From Octopus vulgaris (Eukaryota), in contig OX597820.1 of the NCBI GenBank assembly GCA_951406725.2, positions 103,292,001 through 103,356,000 of the forward strand: DNA of 64,000 nt, in the 5' to 3' direction. The first letter of the stretch is position 1. Each line of letters starts with the position of its first letter. This document shows, one piece after another, positions 25,282 to 39,127 of the stretch. A program made the translations under genes and the position numbers. The notes below the pieces were generated by a model. That model was not told where the DNA came from, did not search any database, and saw only the letters and a list, made by a program, of their open reading frames with translations.

Positions 25282-27169
25282 ATTTACAGAATCATTAGTT
25301 GTCTTGTACATGACTCGTCATCCAGTCTGGTAACTTGCACGGATCCATATAACTCTTCCATGCCAGGCATCCCGATCAAGCAATGGGACATGACTGTCTG
25401 GCCTAGGTTTTTGCGCATGCTACGACTACTGATGATAGCAGTAGTTCACCAACTGAACCGGTTGATCCTGACTGTTGTCAGTTTGTTGTCTATCCATCTG
25501 TTCAGTACCTATTGATATTCGCCATTACTCAATAAGTTCATCTGCCGAAATAGTTCACATCTCCCATACTGCATTCCATGATTTCAACGTACTCTGCCTC
25601 GTGGGGTTACATGCAATTTTAGCCTATAGCTGTTAACCTGACAGGTGCTACAATCCCAGATCATAGCTGATCTGAGAACAACAGTTGCTAAGAGGTCGTT
25701 CCGCACTCCTCAAAAGGCTGGAACTCTCGAACCAGGGCCCCATTACCGAATGTAGAAAGATGTGCCCATAACTAGTGCTTTTGAATGATGCATGACTTCA
25801 GCACCAGAGGTGCGGAAGATAAAGATGAACGAAGCAATTTTTTTTTCTTCTCAGAACGTAGATGGCTGTCACTAAATACATAGAGATACTTCATCGAGCG
25901 TTCTGCCATTGCCGTCTACCTTTAGTTTTTGTCATTAGTCTTTGCTCTAAAACCACTTCTACCCTGCCATTACTGATATATTCGTCTTTGAATTTGTTCT
26001 TTACTACATATTCTTGCGAAAGTATAGCTAATCAAATGTCACACATGATTTTCATCTTGTTAGTGTAATAATCCACTTGGTTTTAGAAACACCACTTGAC
26101 ATTTATATGCATTTAATATATCTCGAGCGTGTCCGCCTGACTTTACTTCAGCTTATTGAAACTGGAGCCTGTCTGCCTGACTTTATATTCAATTAGTGCT
26201 CCTGATGTATGTCTGCCTAACGACATTCGTTTTTATGGTTCAGTTAAAGGGGGAAATGTAGTTCTCGTGATGTTTTCCAGAGCTTCCTAAACGGAAGTAA
26301 GGAAGTTATCATAAAAAAAAACCTAGTCGGAATGCATACGACAATGTGTTCTGTGGTAATGTCATTCGGTACCTATATTGATGGCATCTGGATGGGATGA
26401 TTGGGGGTGGGGTCAGAAGGGCTGTAAACGTTGAAGTCAACGAAATCAATGACTTCTGAGAAAGATGAAGTGAAATAAATGTCTTCGGCGTGAAAAGAGA
26501 TATGGCAGAATTGGTAGTGTCAGGTGATGAGTTAAATAGGGAGGATTTAAATTCATCATTTCAGGCAAACGAAAATTTCGACCGTCAATTATACAGTTCT
26601 CCCGTAATTAGAAGTTACTTATATAGACTATTTACAAGTAGTTGCATTGTGCTGTTAAGTGTCTTACCAATGTTAAGTGTCTTACCAATGGTTACAGCTC
26701 ACTGGCAGTCAAACAGAATACTGACACTTTCAGCTGTGATTCGATGGAACAAAGCTTTTTAGATGACGGATTGGGACCTTACAGCTTTTGAGATCCTTTA
26801 ATATGGTTATATGAAAGAAGTATTTATGACTAATTACATTGTAAAATTTATTCTCTTAAATTCTTTAAAAAGTCATCAAAAGACAAGTTTATATTTTATT
26901 TCAGGTTTTCATTTTACATTAACATTTTGCAATAAATTAATTACACTTTTCCATATGGTTAATAAAATTTCTTCGATATAACTTTCAAAGATATATTTTT
27001 AAAAATCCTTCCCCACCTCTTTTCTAAATAGTTCTCGTTACCGAATGTATGAAATGTAAGCCAAAGAACGGCTGACTAGCTTCGTTTATGTGTCATATGG
27101 TATGCAGAACAATGTTTCATTAATAAGCTTTTCATATATATATGTATATATAAAATTATAAATGCGTCG

Positions 27170-27407
27170 TTTTAAAGCCTAGCTAGGCTCATGGGTTCGG
27201 TTTCCTGGTTTGTGTGGCGTATGTGCTCCCCAGCAGGACGGGACGCCAGTCCATCGCAGCGTTACTCATTTTTGCCAGCTGAGTGGACTGGAGCAACATG
27301 AAATGAAGTGTTTTGCTCAAGAACACAACGCGTCGCCCGGTCCAGGAGTCGAAACCACAATCTTACGATGATGATGCTGACAACCTAACCACTAAGCCAC
27401 GCGCCTC

Positions 27408-27408
<1 letters not shown>
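27170..27408 (-). mobile_element. tRNA-derived SINE family C (middle module M1 + tail T1)
   Basis: Head ggaggcgcgtggcttagtggttag...ggtttcgactcc; related copies at 7430, 45770 and 46040. Confidence 0.8.
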
Positions 27409-27451
<43 letters not shown>

Positions 27452-27542
27452 CATACATACATACATACATACATACATACATACATGCATACATACATAC
27501 ATACATACATACATACATACATACATACATACATACATACAT

Positions 27543-27866
27543 GTTGGCACTCCGTCGCTTACGACGACGAGGGTTCCAGTTAATCCGATCAACGGAACAG
27601 CCTGCTCATGAAATTAACGTGCAAGTGGCTGAGCACTCCACAGACACGTATACACTTAACGTAGTTCTCGGAGATATTTAGCGTGACACGGAGTGTGACA
27701 AGGCTGGCCCTTTGAATTACAGGCACAACAGAAACAGGAAGTAAGAGTGAGAGAAAGCTATGGTGAAAGAGTACAGCAGGGTTAGCCACCATCCCCTGTC
27801 GGAGCCTCGTGGAACTTTAGGTGTTTTCGCTCAATAAACACTCACAACGTCCTGTCTGGGAATCGA
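27543..27866 (-). mobile_element. SINE family C variant (module M2 + tail T2), head truncated
   Basis: Tail shared with 59500-59700; middle shared with 56500-56600. Confidence 0.75.
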
Positions 27867-27971
27867 CATACATACATACATACATGCATGCATGCATACA
27901 TACATACATACATACATACATACATACATACATACATACATACATACATACATACATACATACATACATAC

Positions 27972-28920
27972 AAGAAATAAGAACCCACTGAATGGTGGAA
28001 GCCATAGCCATTCAAAATAAAAAGGAGTACTGATGCAAGGTCCCAATGAAAACCTCAATAAAATGTAAACATAATATATCTGATATAATGATTTGGGATA
28101 GAGAAGAGAAATTGTGTACAGTTGTGGGAACCAGCTGTTCAGCAGGTGTTAACCTTAAGCTGAAGATCAGTGAAAAAGAGAATACCTACGCTGAATTATA
28201 GAGAAATCTGCAGTTAATCTATACAGATTACAAGCTCAGGTTTATACCTGTAATTGTTGGGGCACATAGTTATGTAATAGACTGCCTATTTAGGCAGTGT
28301 GTTACATATCCCTGTGCCCTACTAATTACAAGAATAACAACCCTTGAGAAATCAGGTTTCTCAAAACCAGAAAGGAGAAAGCTGATTCGAAGACAACAGA
28401 TCCAAGCCATCACTGGAACTGTAAAAATCTGTAAAACTTTCCAGAAGTTTACCATTTAAGTATATGTGAGCATGTTTAGACACGCAACTTTATACATGAG
28501 AATGCATACATAAAACAAAACATACAAATCTGCACACAAACATACATATATACATACATACATACATACATACATACATGCATGCATGCATACATACATA
28601 CATACATACATACATGCATTCATACATACATACATACATACACACATACATACATACATACATACATACACACATACATACATGCATACACACATACATA
28701 CATACATACATACATACATACATACACACATACATACATGCATACATACATACATACATACATACATACATACATACATACATACATACATACATACATA
28801 CATACATACATACAAAAATACCTTGGTGTTGTTGAAATTCCAATGAAGGAACATTAGATCTAGGTTAGTAACCAGCTCTCTCCCTGTTGGTAAGAAATCT
28901 TGAAATAAAACTAAATAATG
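27972..28920 (+). mobile_element. 5'-truncated non-LTR retrotransposon with restriction-like endonuclease (R4/Dong/NeSL-like)
   Basis: KCKHNISDIMIWDREEKLCTVVGTSCSA...KISEKENTYAEL...IPVIVGA (decayed HNRPD...EISCP...K..KY..L...PVIIGALG), stop near 28458, then a 3' UTR; flanked by (ACAT)n on both sides. Confidence 0.85.
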
Positions 28921-29111
28921 ACATACATACATACATACGTACGTACGTACGTGACCACTCTATCTTTTTTGTATTTCAGGGACACATTAGCCTATCAGTC
29001 ATATTTTAAGACAGTAATGTGAAATTTAAAAGATATTTAGCTGCTATTTTTAGCAGGCTGCGCGATAACTCAAAGGTTCTCCTATGCAAAAAGTGAAAAC
29101 AGAAAGTGATT

Positions 29112-29148
<37 letters not shown>

Positions 29149-29284
29149 AGAGAGAGACAAAAAAGAAAGAGAGAAGGAAAGACAATGTAAACTTATAAGA
29201 GGAAGAGAAAGAAAGAAAAATATGTCTATTCATGTGGGTGTGGATGTGAATGTGTGTATGTGTGAGCGTGTATTAAGTACAGAA

Positions 29285-29317
<33 letters not shown>

Positions 29318-29459
29318 TATGTGTGTATGTGTGTATATATATGTGTGTGTGTGTGTGTCTGCATATATAGACACTCAGTTACACACCCAAATAAGTGCAT
29401 GTGAATATATAGGTATATGAATATACATACATTCACACGCACATATGTTTACAAACACA

Positions 29460-29597
<138 letters not shown>

Positions 29598-29668
29598 ATC
29601 TCTATACACACGCACATGCATACACATACACACACATACACAGCTAAAATATATATATATATATTTAC

Positions 29669-29873
29669 CAAGAACCAAATCTTCGGTTGAAACAGGGCAG
29701 CCGGAAGGGCACCTTAAAAATGTACTTAGTGACATTAAGGTCAACGGTCAAACGTCGTGGGAGGTCGTGACTCAATGTACCTGCCATACTTAAGTAGACC
29801 GTTCCTGGCGCAACAATAGGCATTGGGTTGATTCTCACGTGGTTTATTGTGATGACACGATGTTGGCCTTTGC
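29669..29873 (-). CDS. GM2A: GM2 activator-like protein, coding exon 2
   Basis: Polypyrimidine tract + AG acceptor and GTAAAT donor; 205 nt, phase 1 to 2. Encodes [31 protein letters not shown]...[15 protein letters not shown](C), matching the GM2AP motifs PDPIxxPG and PCxxxxGSC. Confidence 0.93.
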
Positions 29874-30219
29874 CTTAAAAAACAGAAGAGAGACAAAAAA
29901 CAAAGATAAAAAATAAATATCGATAATAAAGATAAATGATTTCTGAGAAAAAAGGAAAAAATTACAGCAACAAAACAAATGGCATAGAAAAGTGAATAAA
30001 AGAACATTAATAGTTGTTTCTAGAATAAGGCCTGAAATGTGAGAAAGTAGAAAATAGTCAAGTACACTGGTCCTTTATTTTATCAACTTCGGAAGGATGG
30101 AAGGCAAAGTTGAAATCGGCGGGATTCGAACGCTGAAAGAGTCGGAAGAAATATCGCAAATACCGTAAAGAGTCGAAAGAAATACCGCAAAGCATTATGT
30201 CTACCGATTCTTTTGAGTA

Positions 30220-30268
<49 letters not shown>

Positions 30269-30644
30269 CGGTAAAAATAATTCTTGCCAATTTTGGCACA
30301 AGGCCAGTAATTTTGAGAGGACTCATCGATGCCGAAGGGATGAATGCCAACGTTGATTTTAGCGGGATTTGAAATCTGAACGTAAAGGGCCGGAAAATGC
30401 TGTTAGACATTTTCTCTGACTCGTTAACATTTCTGCCAATAATAATTTAATCTTTTCTAGTATAGAGGCACAAGGCCTGAAATTTTGGATGAGGGTGCTT
30501 GTCGATTACGTCGACTCCAGTGCTCAAGTGTACTTATATTACCGACACCGAAAGAATGAATGGCAAAGTTGATTTCGGTGGGGGTTTCATCTCAGAATAT
30601 AAAGAACCGCTAAGGATTTTGTCCGAGATGTTAGCGATTCTGCC

Positions 30645-30662
30645 AATAACAACAACAACAAC

Positions 30663-30722
<60 letters not shown>

Positions 30723-30726
30723 GATG

Positions 30727-30804
<78 letters not shown>

Positions 30805-30828
30805 TTAATAATAATAATAATAATAATA

Positions 30829-30916
<88 letters not shown>

Positions 30917-30925
30917 TAATAATCG
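30645..30925. repeat. Compound (AAC/AAT/GAT)n microsatellite among family A SINEs
   Basis: Seen directly; a similar array lies at 31325-31517. Confidence 0.95.
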
Positions 30926-31324
30926 TTTCTACTATAGGCGCAAGGCCTTAAATTTGGAGGAAGGGACTAGTCAATTACATCGACCCCAGTGTTTCACTGG
31001 TTCTTAATTCACCGACCCCGAAAGTATGAAAGCAAAGTCAACCTCGACAGAAAGGCCTCAAATTTGGGGGAAGGGATAAAGTCGATGACATCGACCCCCG
31101 TGTTCAACTGGTACTTATTTTATAGACCTCTGAAGGATGAAAGGTAAAGTCGACCTGAGCGGAATTTGAACTCAGAACGTACCGACAGACAAAATACGTC
31201 TAAGTATTTTGCCCGGCGTGCTAATGATTCTGCCAGTCGAAAAATAAGAGGTGTTACTTTAGTTCACTGGTAGTGAACAGCTGACACTGTGGTACATCTC
31301 CAGTGTTAGAAGCTGTGCAAAGGC

Positions 31325-31517
<193 letters not shown>

Positions 31518-32069
31518 GCATGAACTGCTCTCTCACTCAATAATAATAATAATCTTTCTTTATTAGCTATTTAGTTTCGAACTTTGAACAGGAGGCATAC
31601 GTGGTGGTGGGGGAATACAAATACATATGAGGTAGAATACACCACTTATATAAAGATGAAGGGAAAGGTGAAAGATATATAAAATATAATAAGTTTATCT
31701 CTACAGGTTTTCTACTGAATTCAGAGCCAGCACTGAAAGTTACGACATTTCGTATACGAATGCGTTTATGTAACCAATGCGATCGAAGAAAGAAAAAAAT
31801 AGCCAATTGGTGTAATATGTATATTTAAAGAGTTATTGCTCTTTCATTAGCCCCACATCCAACCCATAAACAGTCTACGAACGCATTGCCTAAATACTCA
31901 ACAGAGTTTAGCGTTGTAATACTATTGGATAGACCGATTTAGATATTAAACGCATTTCCGGCAGCCAGTACATAAATATCAATTGCTAGCAATATCTCTA
32001 TAGATTTTCTTTAGAATTTGGTGATAGCACTAAATATTTACGTACCAACTGCCATGAAACGTTAAATAT

Positions 32070-33530
32070 GTATCCGAAAGTACCAGATGCTATGAAACTT
32101 TAAATATGTACCCGGAAATAAAAAAGAAGAAACAGCTGAGGAAAATGGTTTTCCATCCTCAAAATTTTCTCGGCGTAAACGAAAGAAGCTTATTTTTGCA
32201 ACGCTTAGCAGCAGGTAGTCATATCGCAAAAAATTGATTCCAAGTTTGAAGTTGTTAAAAATCGGCTATCCTTACTGTTTAGAAGTAATGCAATTGGAAC
32301 TACTGTAAGTTAAACCTCATGCTTGTGCATTATGCCGAAAATTCAAAGACAAAGGCCTGGTAAAAGCTAAAATTCCATTCAAATGGAAATCTTGGGTTTC
32401 GCCTTTACTGACTGAGGATTGGTTACATAGAACTCTGTATCTGAATTAGAAATATTTTGGAGACAAAAATCATTCCATTTCGTGAACTGACCACAGCTAA
32501 TGCGCCGTGTCAACCAAAATCTGCTCTGTCACCATCCAAATATTTTATTTAATCCAAACACATCAAATCCAACGTTACTTCTGCAAACAATAGATCATTG
32601 AGTTATTTCAACATTTAAAAGAATTATTTTCGACACCTCATACTAAAGAATTTACGTAACCATTCAATGTTCTGGACACAGTAATAATTGTTTCTAATTC
32701 AGGATACAAAGCTATCGATTTTGAGGGGAAAGGGTTAGTCGATAGTAAATGATCCGTACTTTATTTTATCGATGCCGGATGAATGAACAGCACAGTTAAC
32801 CTAGATAAGATCTGAACCCAGAACGTAAAGTCGAGAAGAAATACTGCAAGGTATTTTTGTCTGCGTCTACATGGGACACAATAAAAGGATTTGGGGGCTA
32901 ATTACAGAGAAAAGAGTGGAAAATTTTGGAATAAAACCTGTCCTCAATTTAACGACAATTTTGGTGGGATTTGAAGAACCATTAGACGTTGGAAATGAAG
33001 AAGATAATTAATATTGATAAGTTATTGAAAGAGACGAGCTGGCAGATTCGTTAGCACGCCGGTCAAAATGCTTAGTGGCATTTCGTCCGTTTCGTCCGTC
33101 TTTACGTTCTGAATTCATCAAATTCCATCGCGGTCGTATTTGCCTCTCATCCCTTCGGGGTTGATAAAGTAAGAGCCAGCCGAACACTGGCGGTCGATGT
33201 AACCGACTTAACCCTCACCCGAAATTGCCTGCCTTGTGCCAAAATTTGAAATCAATATTACTAATTAATTGTAGCTTGATGTTTTTGTGAATGACGTCAA
33301 TGGCGCATGAAGAGTTCACAGATGAAGACTGTGTTGAGATGGAAAACCAGTATAAAACTGCAGAAGAAAAACATCAAACAATGGAACCTCCTACACATTC
33401 CGCCACGATTTAGGGCCCAGAAAAGCCTTGCTTTTACATGTGCGAAAAATTACTAAGACTTTCGAGTTACAAGATTCAAATTTCGAACGATTAGAAAGGT
33501 TACCGCAGAGCTAAAAATATCGTAGATCTG
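32070..33530 (+). pseudogene. Old pogo/Tigger transposase remnant interrupted by SINEs
   Basis: KNRLSLLFRSNA, KLNLMLVHYAEN, NAPCQP, LLQTIDH*VISTFK and DSNFER motifs typical of pogo DDD transposases. Confidence 0.7.
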
Positions 33531-34070
33531 CCTCTGAAATTTAACAGAAACGGTATCACAGAAACATGGAACTCTTCATGTAATTATAAAGGGAAAAACG
33601 ATTCCTATTGCATGCACGAGCAGTAAACCCACGTTGGGGGATGAACAAAAAGAAAAGACAAAAAAAAAAAAACCCCGCAAAAGAACCATCATAACATAAA
33701 TGAAAAAGAATTAAACTTTTGATTGTTTATTAACAACGATTTTAAAATCAAATACTTAGTTGTGCCAACACTTTGTTTTATTGTTCCTTATTTAATTCTT
33801 TAGAAAAAAGATTCACTTTTCAGAACTCACCAGTGTAAAGGTAACCATCGTTTATAATATTTTATTCTATGTGAATTTGCTTCCCTCTAAACAATCAGAC
33901 ATTTGGAACCAGCAGAATATCAAAGTCAGGATGCACACACACACACGCAGATGGAGAGAGTTAGAGAGAGGGCGAGAGAGAGAGAGAGAGAGGAGGAAGA
34001 GGAGAAGAAGAAGAAGAAGAAGAAGAAGAAGAAGAAGAAGAAGAAGAAGAAGAAGAAGAAGAAGAAGAAG

Positions 34071-34102
<32 letters not shown>

Positions 34103-34494
34103 GAACAAGAACAAGAAGAAGAACAAGAAGGAGCCAGTACACTTGTGGCCTTTACGTTTCTTTGACTTTGTAATCTTTCACTCTATGCTTAAAGTAGACC
34201 AAATCCTTGTTTTACTCCCGTGTTTTTCGCTCTCTCTGCATCTCTCCGTTAATGAAATTTAAACTGCAACACTTTTTTCTATAAGCTATGTTATTTAGAT
34301 ATTGTACCTCGTGACACTTCATCTGGAAACCACTCCCACACACAATCGCTTGACCTGAGAGAAGCAGCGATATATATATATATATATATATCAATAATAA
34401 CAAAGGGTAAAATAAATTAATTAAGAAGTAATCAATAATTGCACCAAGTAGAATTCGGCATGAAAAAAGGACCATTTCATGGTAAACTTAAGTA

Positions 34495-34655
34495 ATACTT
34501 AATAATTAGGGTTCAGCAATGATTTGCTTTACCACGTACCGAAGTTTAGAAATAGCAGCCAAAAAACGTTAGAAGAAATAGCTAACGTTTTTTGGCTGCT
34601 ATTTTTAAACTTCGGTATGTGGTAAAGCAAATCTTTGCTGAACCCTAATTATTAA

Positions 34656-34659
<4 letters not shown>
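34495..34659. repeat. Fold-back palindrome of pLTR 3' ends
   Basis: ~78-bp arms with a 9-bp spacer; the arm resembles 700-775. Confidence 0.9.
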
Positions 34660-34705
<46 letters not shown>

Positions 34706-34988
34706 GGGACAACTGATGAAAGGATTGTTCTTTATGTTACCTGTCTCGTCTCTCTATTTGTTTCTTTCGTTGTTCGAAAAATAATTCGTTTTCCATGTTT
34801 TTGTTTTTTCATGTTGTTCACGTTTTTTTTGACGCCCTGTACCCATATATGCATGTGTATATACATATGTATATGTATGTATGTATGTATGTACATATAT
34901 GTATGTATATATGCATATACATATATATTATTTATATCTATCTATCTATATATATATATATATATATATGTGTGTATATATATATGTG

Positions 34989-35037
<49 letters not shown>

Positions 35038-35266
35038 ATTGCCTCCACCATCGCTTGACAACCGATGTTGATGTGTTTACGTCCCCGTAACTTCTAAGCT
35101 TACAAAGAATTTATCCTGGGGGGGGATTTGTTCGACTAAAGGCAGTACTCCAGCATGGCTGCAGTCAAATGATTGGAGGAAGTAAAAGAAAGAAACAATA
35201 AAATAATATATATATAAAAGGATATATATATATGCCTTCAAAAACGTGGGATACATTAGAGAATGA

Positions 35267-35430
35267 ATATATAATAGATCCCGGTTAAAATTTCTAACCA
35301 CAAATGTTCAGATGTTCTATCAACTGAATTACTGTAGAATATTTAGCAGCTTGCAATGAACCTAGTAATTCAGTTGATAGAACAGCTGAACATTTGTGGT
35401 TAGAAATTTTAACCGGGATCTATTATATAT
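35267..35430. repeat. Fold-back palindrome between TA tracts
   Basis: ~66-bp near-perfect arms with a ~30-bp spacer. Confidence 0.9.
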
Positions 35431-35439
35431 ATATATATT

Positions 35440-35581
35440 TATTTTCTCGTGTTCCTTTCTATTGATGAGCGTAAGCTCGAAACGTAAAAGACTTTCTCAC
35501 CTTCCCGAACGTTAAACTAATACACCTGTTTGATGTTTACACACCTGTCTTCGTCTTCTGTTGTTTTTTGTAAATTCCAAT

Positions 35582-35583
<2 letters not shown>
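35440..35583 (+). mobile_element. Fourth copy of the ~190-bp hammerhead-bearing repeat
   Basis: cttt-CTATTGA-T-gagcgtaagctc-GAAACGTA-aaag at 35454-35491, followed by the same 3' sequence as 11830-11918. Confidence 0.8.
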
Positions 35584-35623
<40 letters not shown>

Positions 35624-35722
35624 TGCACCCATAAATAAAATTGTTCTGCAACATTATGAACAGAAACTTGTCACTGCTCTTTCTCTGTCTCTGCCTGTCT
35701 GTCTGTCTCTTTTACTTTTTCA

Positions 35723-35841
<119 letters not shown>

Positions 35842-35857
35842 CATATATATATATATG

Positions 35858-35919
<62 letters not shown>

Positions 35920-35927
35920 CATACATA

Positions 35928-38289
35928 CAGTGGTACCTTGACTTACGAGTTTAATTCGTTCCGTGACGGAGCTCGTAACTCAAATTACTCGTATGTCAAA
36001 TCAAATTTCCTCATTGAAATAAATTGAAATGCCATTAATCCGTTCCGGGTCCTATAAAAAAACACCGCAATTTTTTGGGTTACGTATCTTTAAATAAGAA
36101 AAGTGTACTTATAAATAACGAATATTGTATATAAAAAAAATACAATAGAATGTACTGCAATAAACTGGTATGGTTAAGTACCATGTACATCATTTACTTT
36201 GGAGATCAGACGACTTGATGATGCTGACTGAGGTGGAGGAGAAAGGCTGAACTGAATAACCGAATCTTATTCGCTGATTTTTGCTTTTTTCATCAGGATT
36301 TCTTCACTTTCATCCGCAGGAGTTTCGATAAAAACCTGACCAGTAAGGTCTGTTTCATCCTCACTTTCAGAGTGTTTCTGAGATGAGCTAGGTAAGTGTC
36401 ATTAAATAGGGCAGTCGCACGCCCAGTTGCAACTTTTGAATACTGTCTGAAAGTTTCTCCCACATTCTCAACATTTCCTTTATTGCACTTGTAGAGATAA
36501 CCTCTTCCGCCTCTTCCGTGTCACCTATTTCCTGAAAAACCTGTGTGCTGCTGCGTATGTTGCTGCTTTAGCTCTTACATTGTCAGTTCCTCGGAGAACC
36601 CCTCGTGAACTCATTGATGTCAACTTCTTCTAGGTCCAGGCCCATGGACTTGTCGAGGGATACAATCTCCTCTACCACTACCGCTTCGAGTTCGACTTTT
36701 TCAAAGTCCGTTTCAGACACAACCTTAGGCCATAGCTTCTTCAACGCAAAGGTCAAGGTCCTCTTTGTAACACCCTGCCAGGTCATATCGATAATTCTGA
36801 GGCATATCACGATGTTATAATGGTCCTTCCAGAAGTTACGAAGGGTGAGTTTTGTGCTCTCTGTCACCTCAAAGCCACAGCGGAACAGGTGCTTGGTAAA
36901 GAGCTTCTTGAAATTAGAAATCTCCTGCTGGTCCATGGGCTTCAGGATAGGGGTGGTGTTGGGTGGAAGGTAGAGAACCTTTGTAAAATTGAACCCTTCG
37001 AAGATATCATCTTCGAGGTTAGGTGGGTGAGCAGGTGTATTGTCCAGGACGAGAAGGGCATGCAGATGTAGTTTACTTTTACCTGGAGATATTTCTTAAC
37101 GTCAGAATCAAAGACCAAATTCACCCACTCCAAGGGCGTGGGTTACCTGGTAACCCACGCCCTTGGATTTACCCTCCTTTCTTTCAGAATCTTATGTGAC
37201 TTAAAGACCGGGGTTTTCCGAAAGATAAACGAGCAGCGGCTTAATCTTGCAGTCACCTCTCGTATTGGTGCACAATTCAAGGGTTAGCCTATCTTTCATG
37301 GGTTTGTGGCTTCGCATCTTCTTCTCCTCCGCAATTATGTAAGTCCTTGGCATCTTCTTCCAAAAAAGTTCTGTCTCGTCATCGAGGGGCACTCCGAGAA
37401 ACTGACAATGGACGAGCTAAAGGAGCTACAGACGCAACAACACACAGAGGTTTTCCAGGAAATAGGTGACGCGGAAAAAGTTATCTGTACAAGTGCGATA
37501 AAGGAAATGTTGAGAATGTGGGAGAAACTTTCAAACAGTATTCAAAGTTGTAACTGGGAGTGCGTCGGCGCTATAATTCCGGCAAAAGTTTTGAGGTAAT
37601 CCTCAGCTGCCTTCATATCCGCAGATTATAGTCACCGTCTCGGCATCTCCAGCGAGCTGCTTCTCCGTCAACCACGCCATCCGCAGCTTCTCCATATTTT
37701 CATGGATAGATGCCTGCTTTTTAGAAATTATTTTAAGACCCTTGACTGGCGTTATAGCCTTTATCGACTACTTCTACTTCAGTATGGTGCAGATCGTAGA
37801 AGTGCTATGCTCGTACTGCTTTCATGTCGATTACGCACACACCTTGGTCATATTTTTCAATAATTTCTTTCTTTATGTCAATACACATCATCCGCTTCTT
37901 CATCTCATTACTGTCTTTCGCACTCACCTTCTTCGGACCCATGGTTGGAAAAAGGGAGTTTTGCAAAATAACCGCGAGCACAATTGCGAGCACAACATTG
38001 ATACTTCTGTAGCCAGCAACGACTAAGTAAGCATTTTAACACCCGTCTAGTTACAATCTACACACTTGTTAACGCGCACGTCTGTCTTGCTATCGAGTGA
38101 GACACGGGATGCTGGGCTGATGTTACGGTATTCACTGTGGCGTTCGCTACGCCAACTAGCAGTGGGGTATCTGAAGCTGGCTGGTAACCCGAATTTTAGC
38201 TCGCGACTCAAAGCAAAAGATCGGCCGAGAGACGGCACGTATTTCGAAAAACTCGTTAGTTGGGACACTCGTAAGTCAAGGTGCCACTG
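35928..38289 (-). mobile_element. Full-length but defective Tigger/pogo DNA transposon
   Basis: 23-bp TIRs CAGTGGTACCTTGACTTACGAGT / ACTCGTAAGTCAAGGTGCCACTG in TA context. The minus-strand transposase starts MGPKK (37942), with DETELFWKKMP, KDRLTL and MDQQEISNFKK; it is frameshifted. Confidence 0.93.
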
Positions 38290-38295
38290 TATATA

Positions 38296-38398
<103 letters not shown>

Positions 38399-38407
38399 TA
38401 TATATAA

Positions 38408-38733
38408 CACACACATACATATATATACATACATTTTAAAGTTTGGCTTTGAGGATATCACGAAAGACCTGGCTGGAGGTCCAACCTTCCGAGTTCTTTT
38501 ACAAGGATTAGGAAAACTGCAGGACCACTGCAATAAGTGTGTGAATCTGAGAGGACAATATGTTAAATAAAATCATAATTAACTGATACTCTTATATTTT
38601 CTTTTACCCAGAGCCAAGAACTTTTCAGCATCCCTCGTATGCGGAAAGCATCTAAAGCATTCATCCTTTAACTAGGACATGATAGCCTAATTGTTATAGT
38701 TGTTTAGTTTCAGGCCAACCCTGAGAGTGTAGA

Positions 38734-38786
<53 letters not shown>

Positions 38787-39127
38787 GCACACACACATAC
38801 ACACATACATATATATACATACATTTTAAAGTTGGCTTTCAGGATATCACGGAAGACCTGGCTGGAGGTCCAACCTTCCGAGTTCTTTTACAAGGATTAG
38901 GAAAACTGCAGGACCACTGCAATAAGTGTGTGAATCTGAGAGGACAATATGTTAAATAAAATCATAATTAACTGATACTCTTATATTTTCTTTTACCCAG
39001 AGCCAAGAACTTTTCAGCATCCCTCGTATGCGGAAAGCATCTAAAGCATTCATCCTTTAACTAGGACATGATAGCCTAATTGTTATAGTTGTTTAGTTTC
39101 AGGCCAACACTGAGAGTGTAGACCTAT
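38408..39127 (+). repeat. Near-identical ~330-bp tandem duplication containing a mariner 3' end
   Basis: Copies at 38408-38737 and 38797-39127; each encodes [22 protein letters not shown] followed by a TIR-like end ttttcagcatccctcgta. Confidence 0.88.

Noticed and set aside
30499-30951. Long low-complexity ORFs (poly-I/M, YI, CV, HT, LSIY) throughout the track
   Set aside because: These are translations of microsatellites, not genes.
33831-33886. Possible minus-strand exon with a GTGAGT donor
   Set aside because: The acceptor is weak, the phases are incompatible and there is no similarity to GM2AP.
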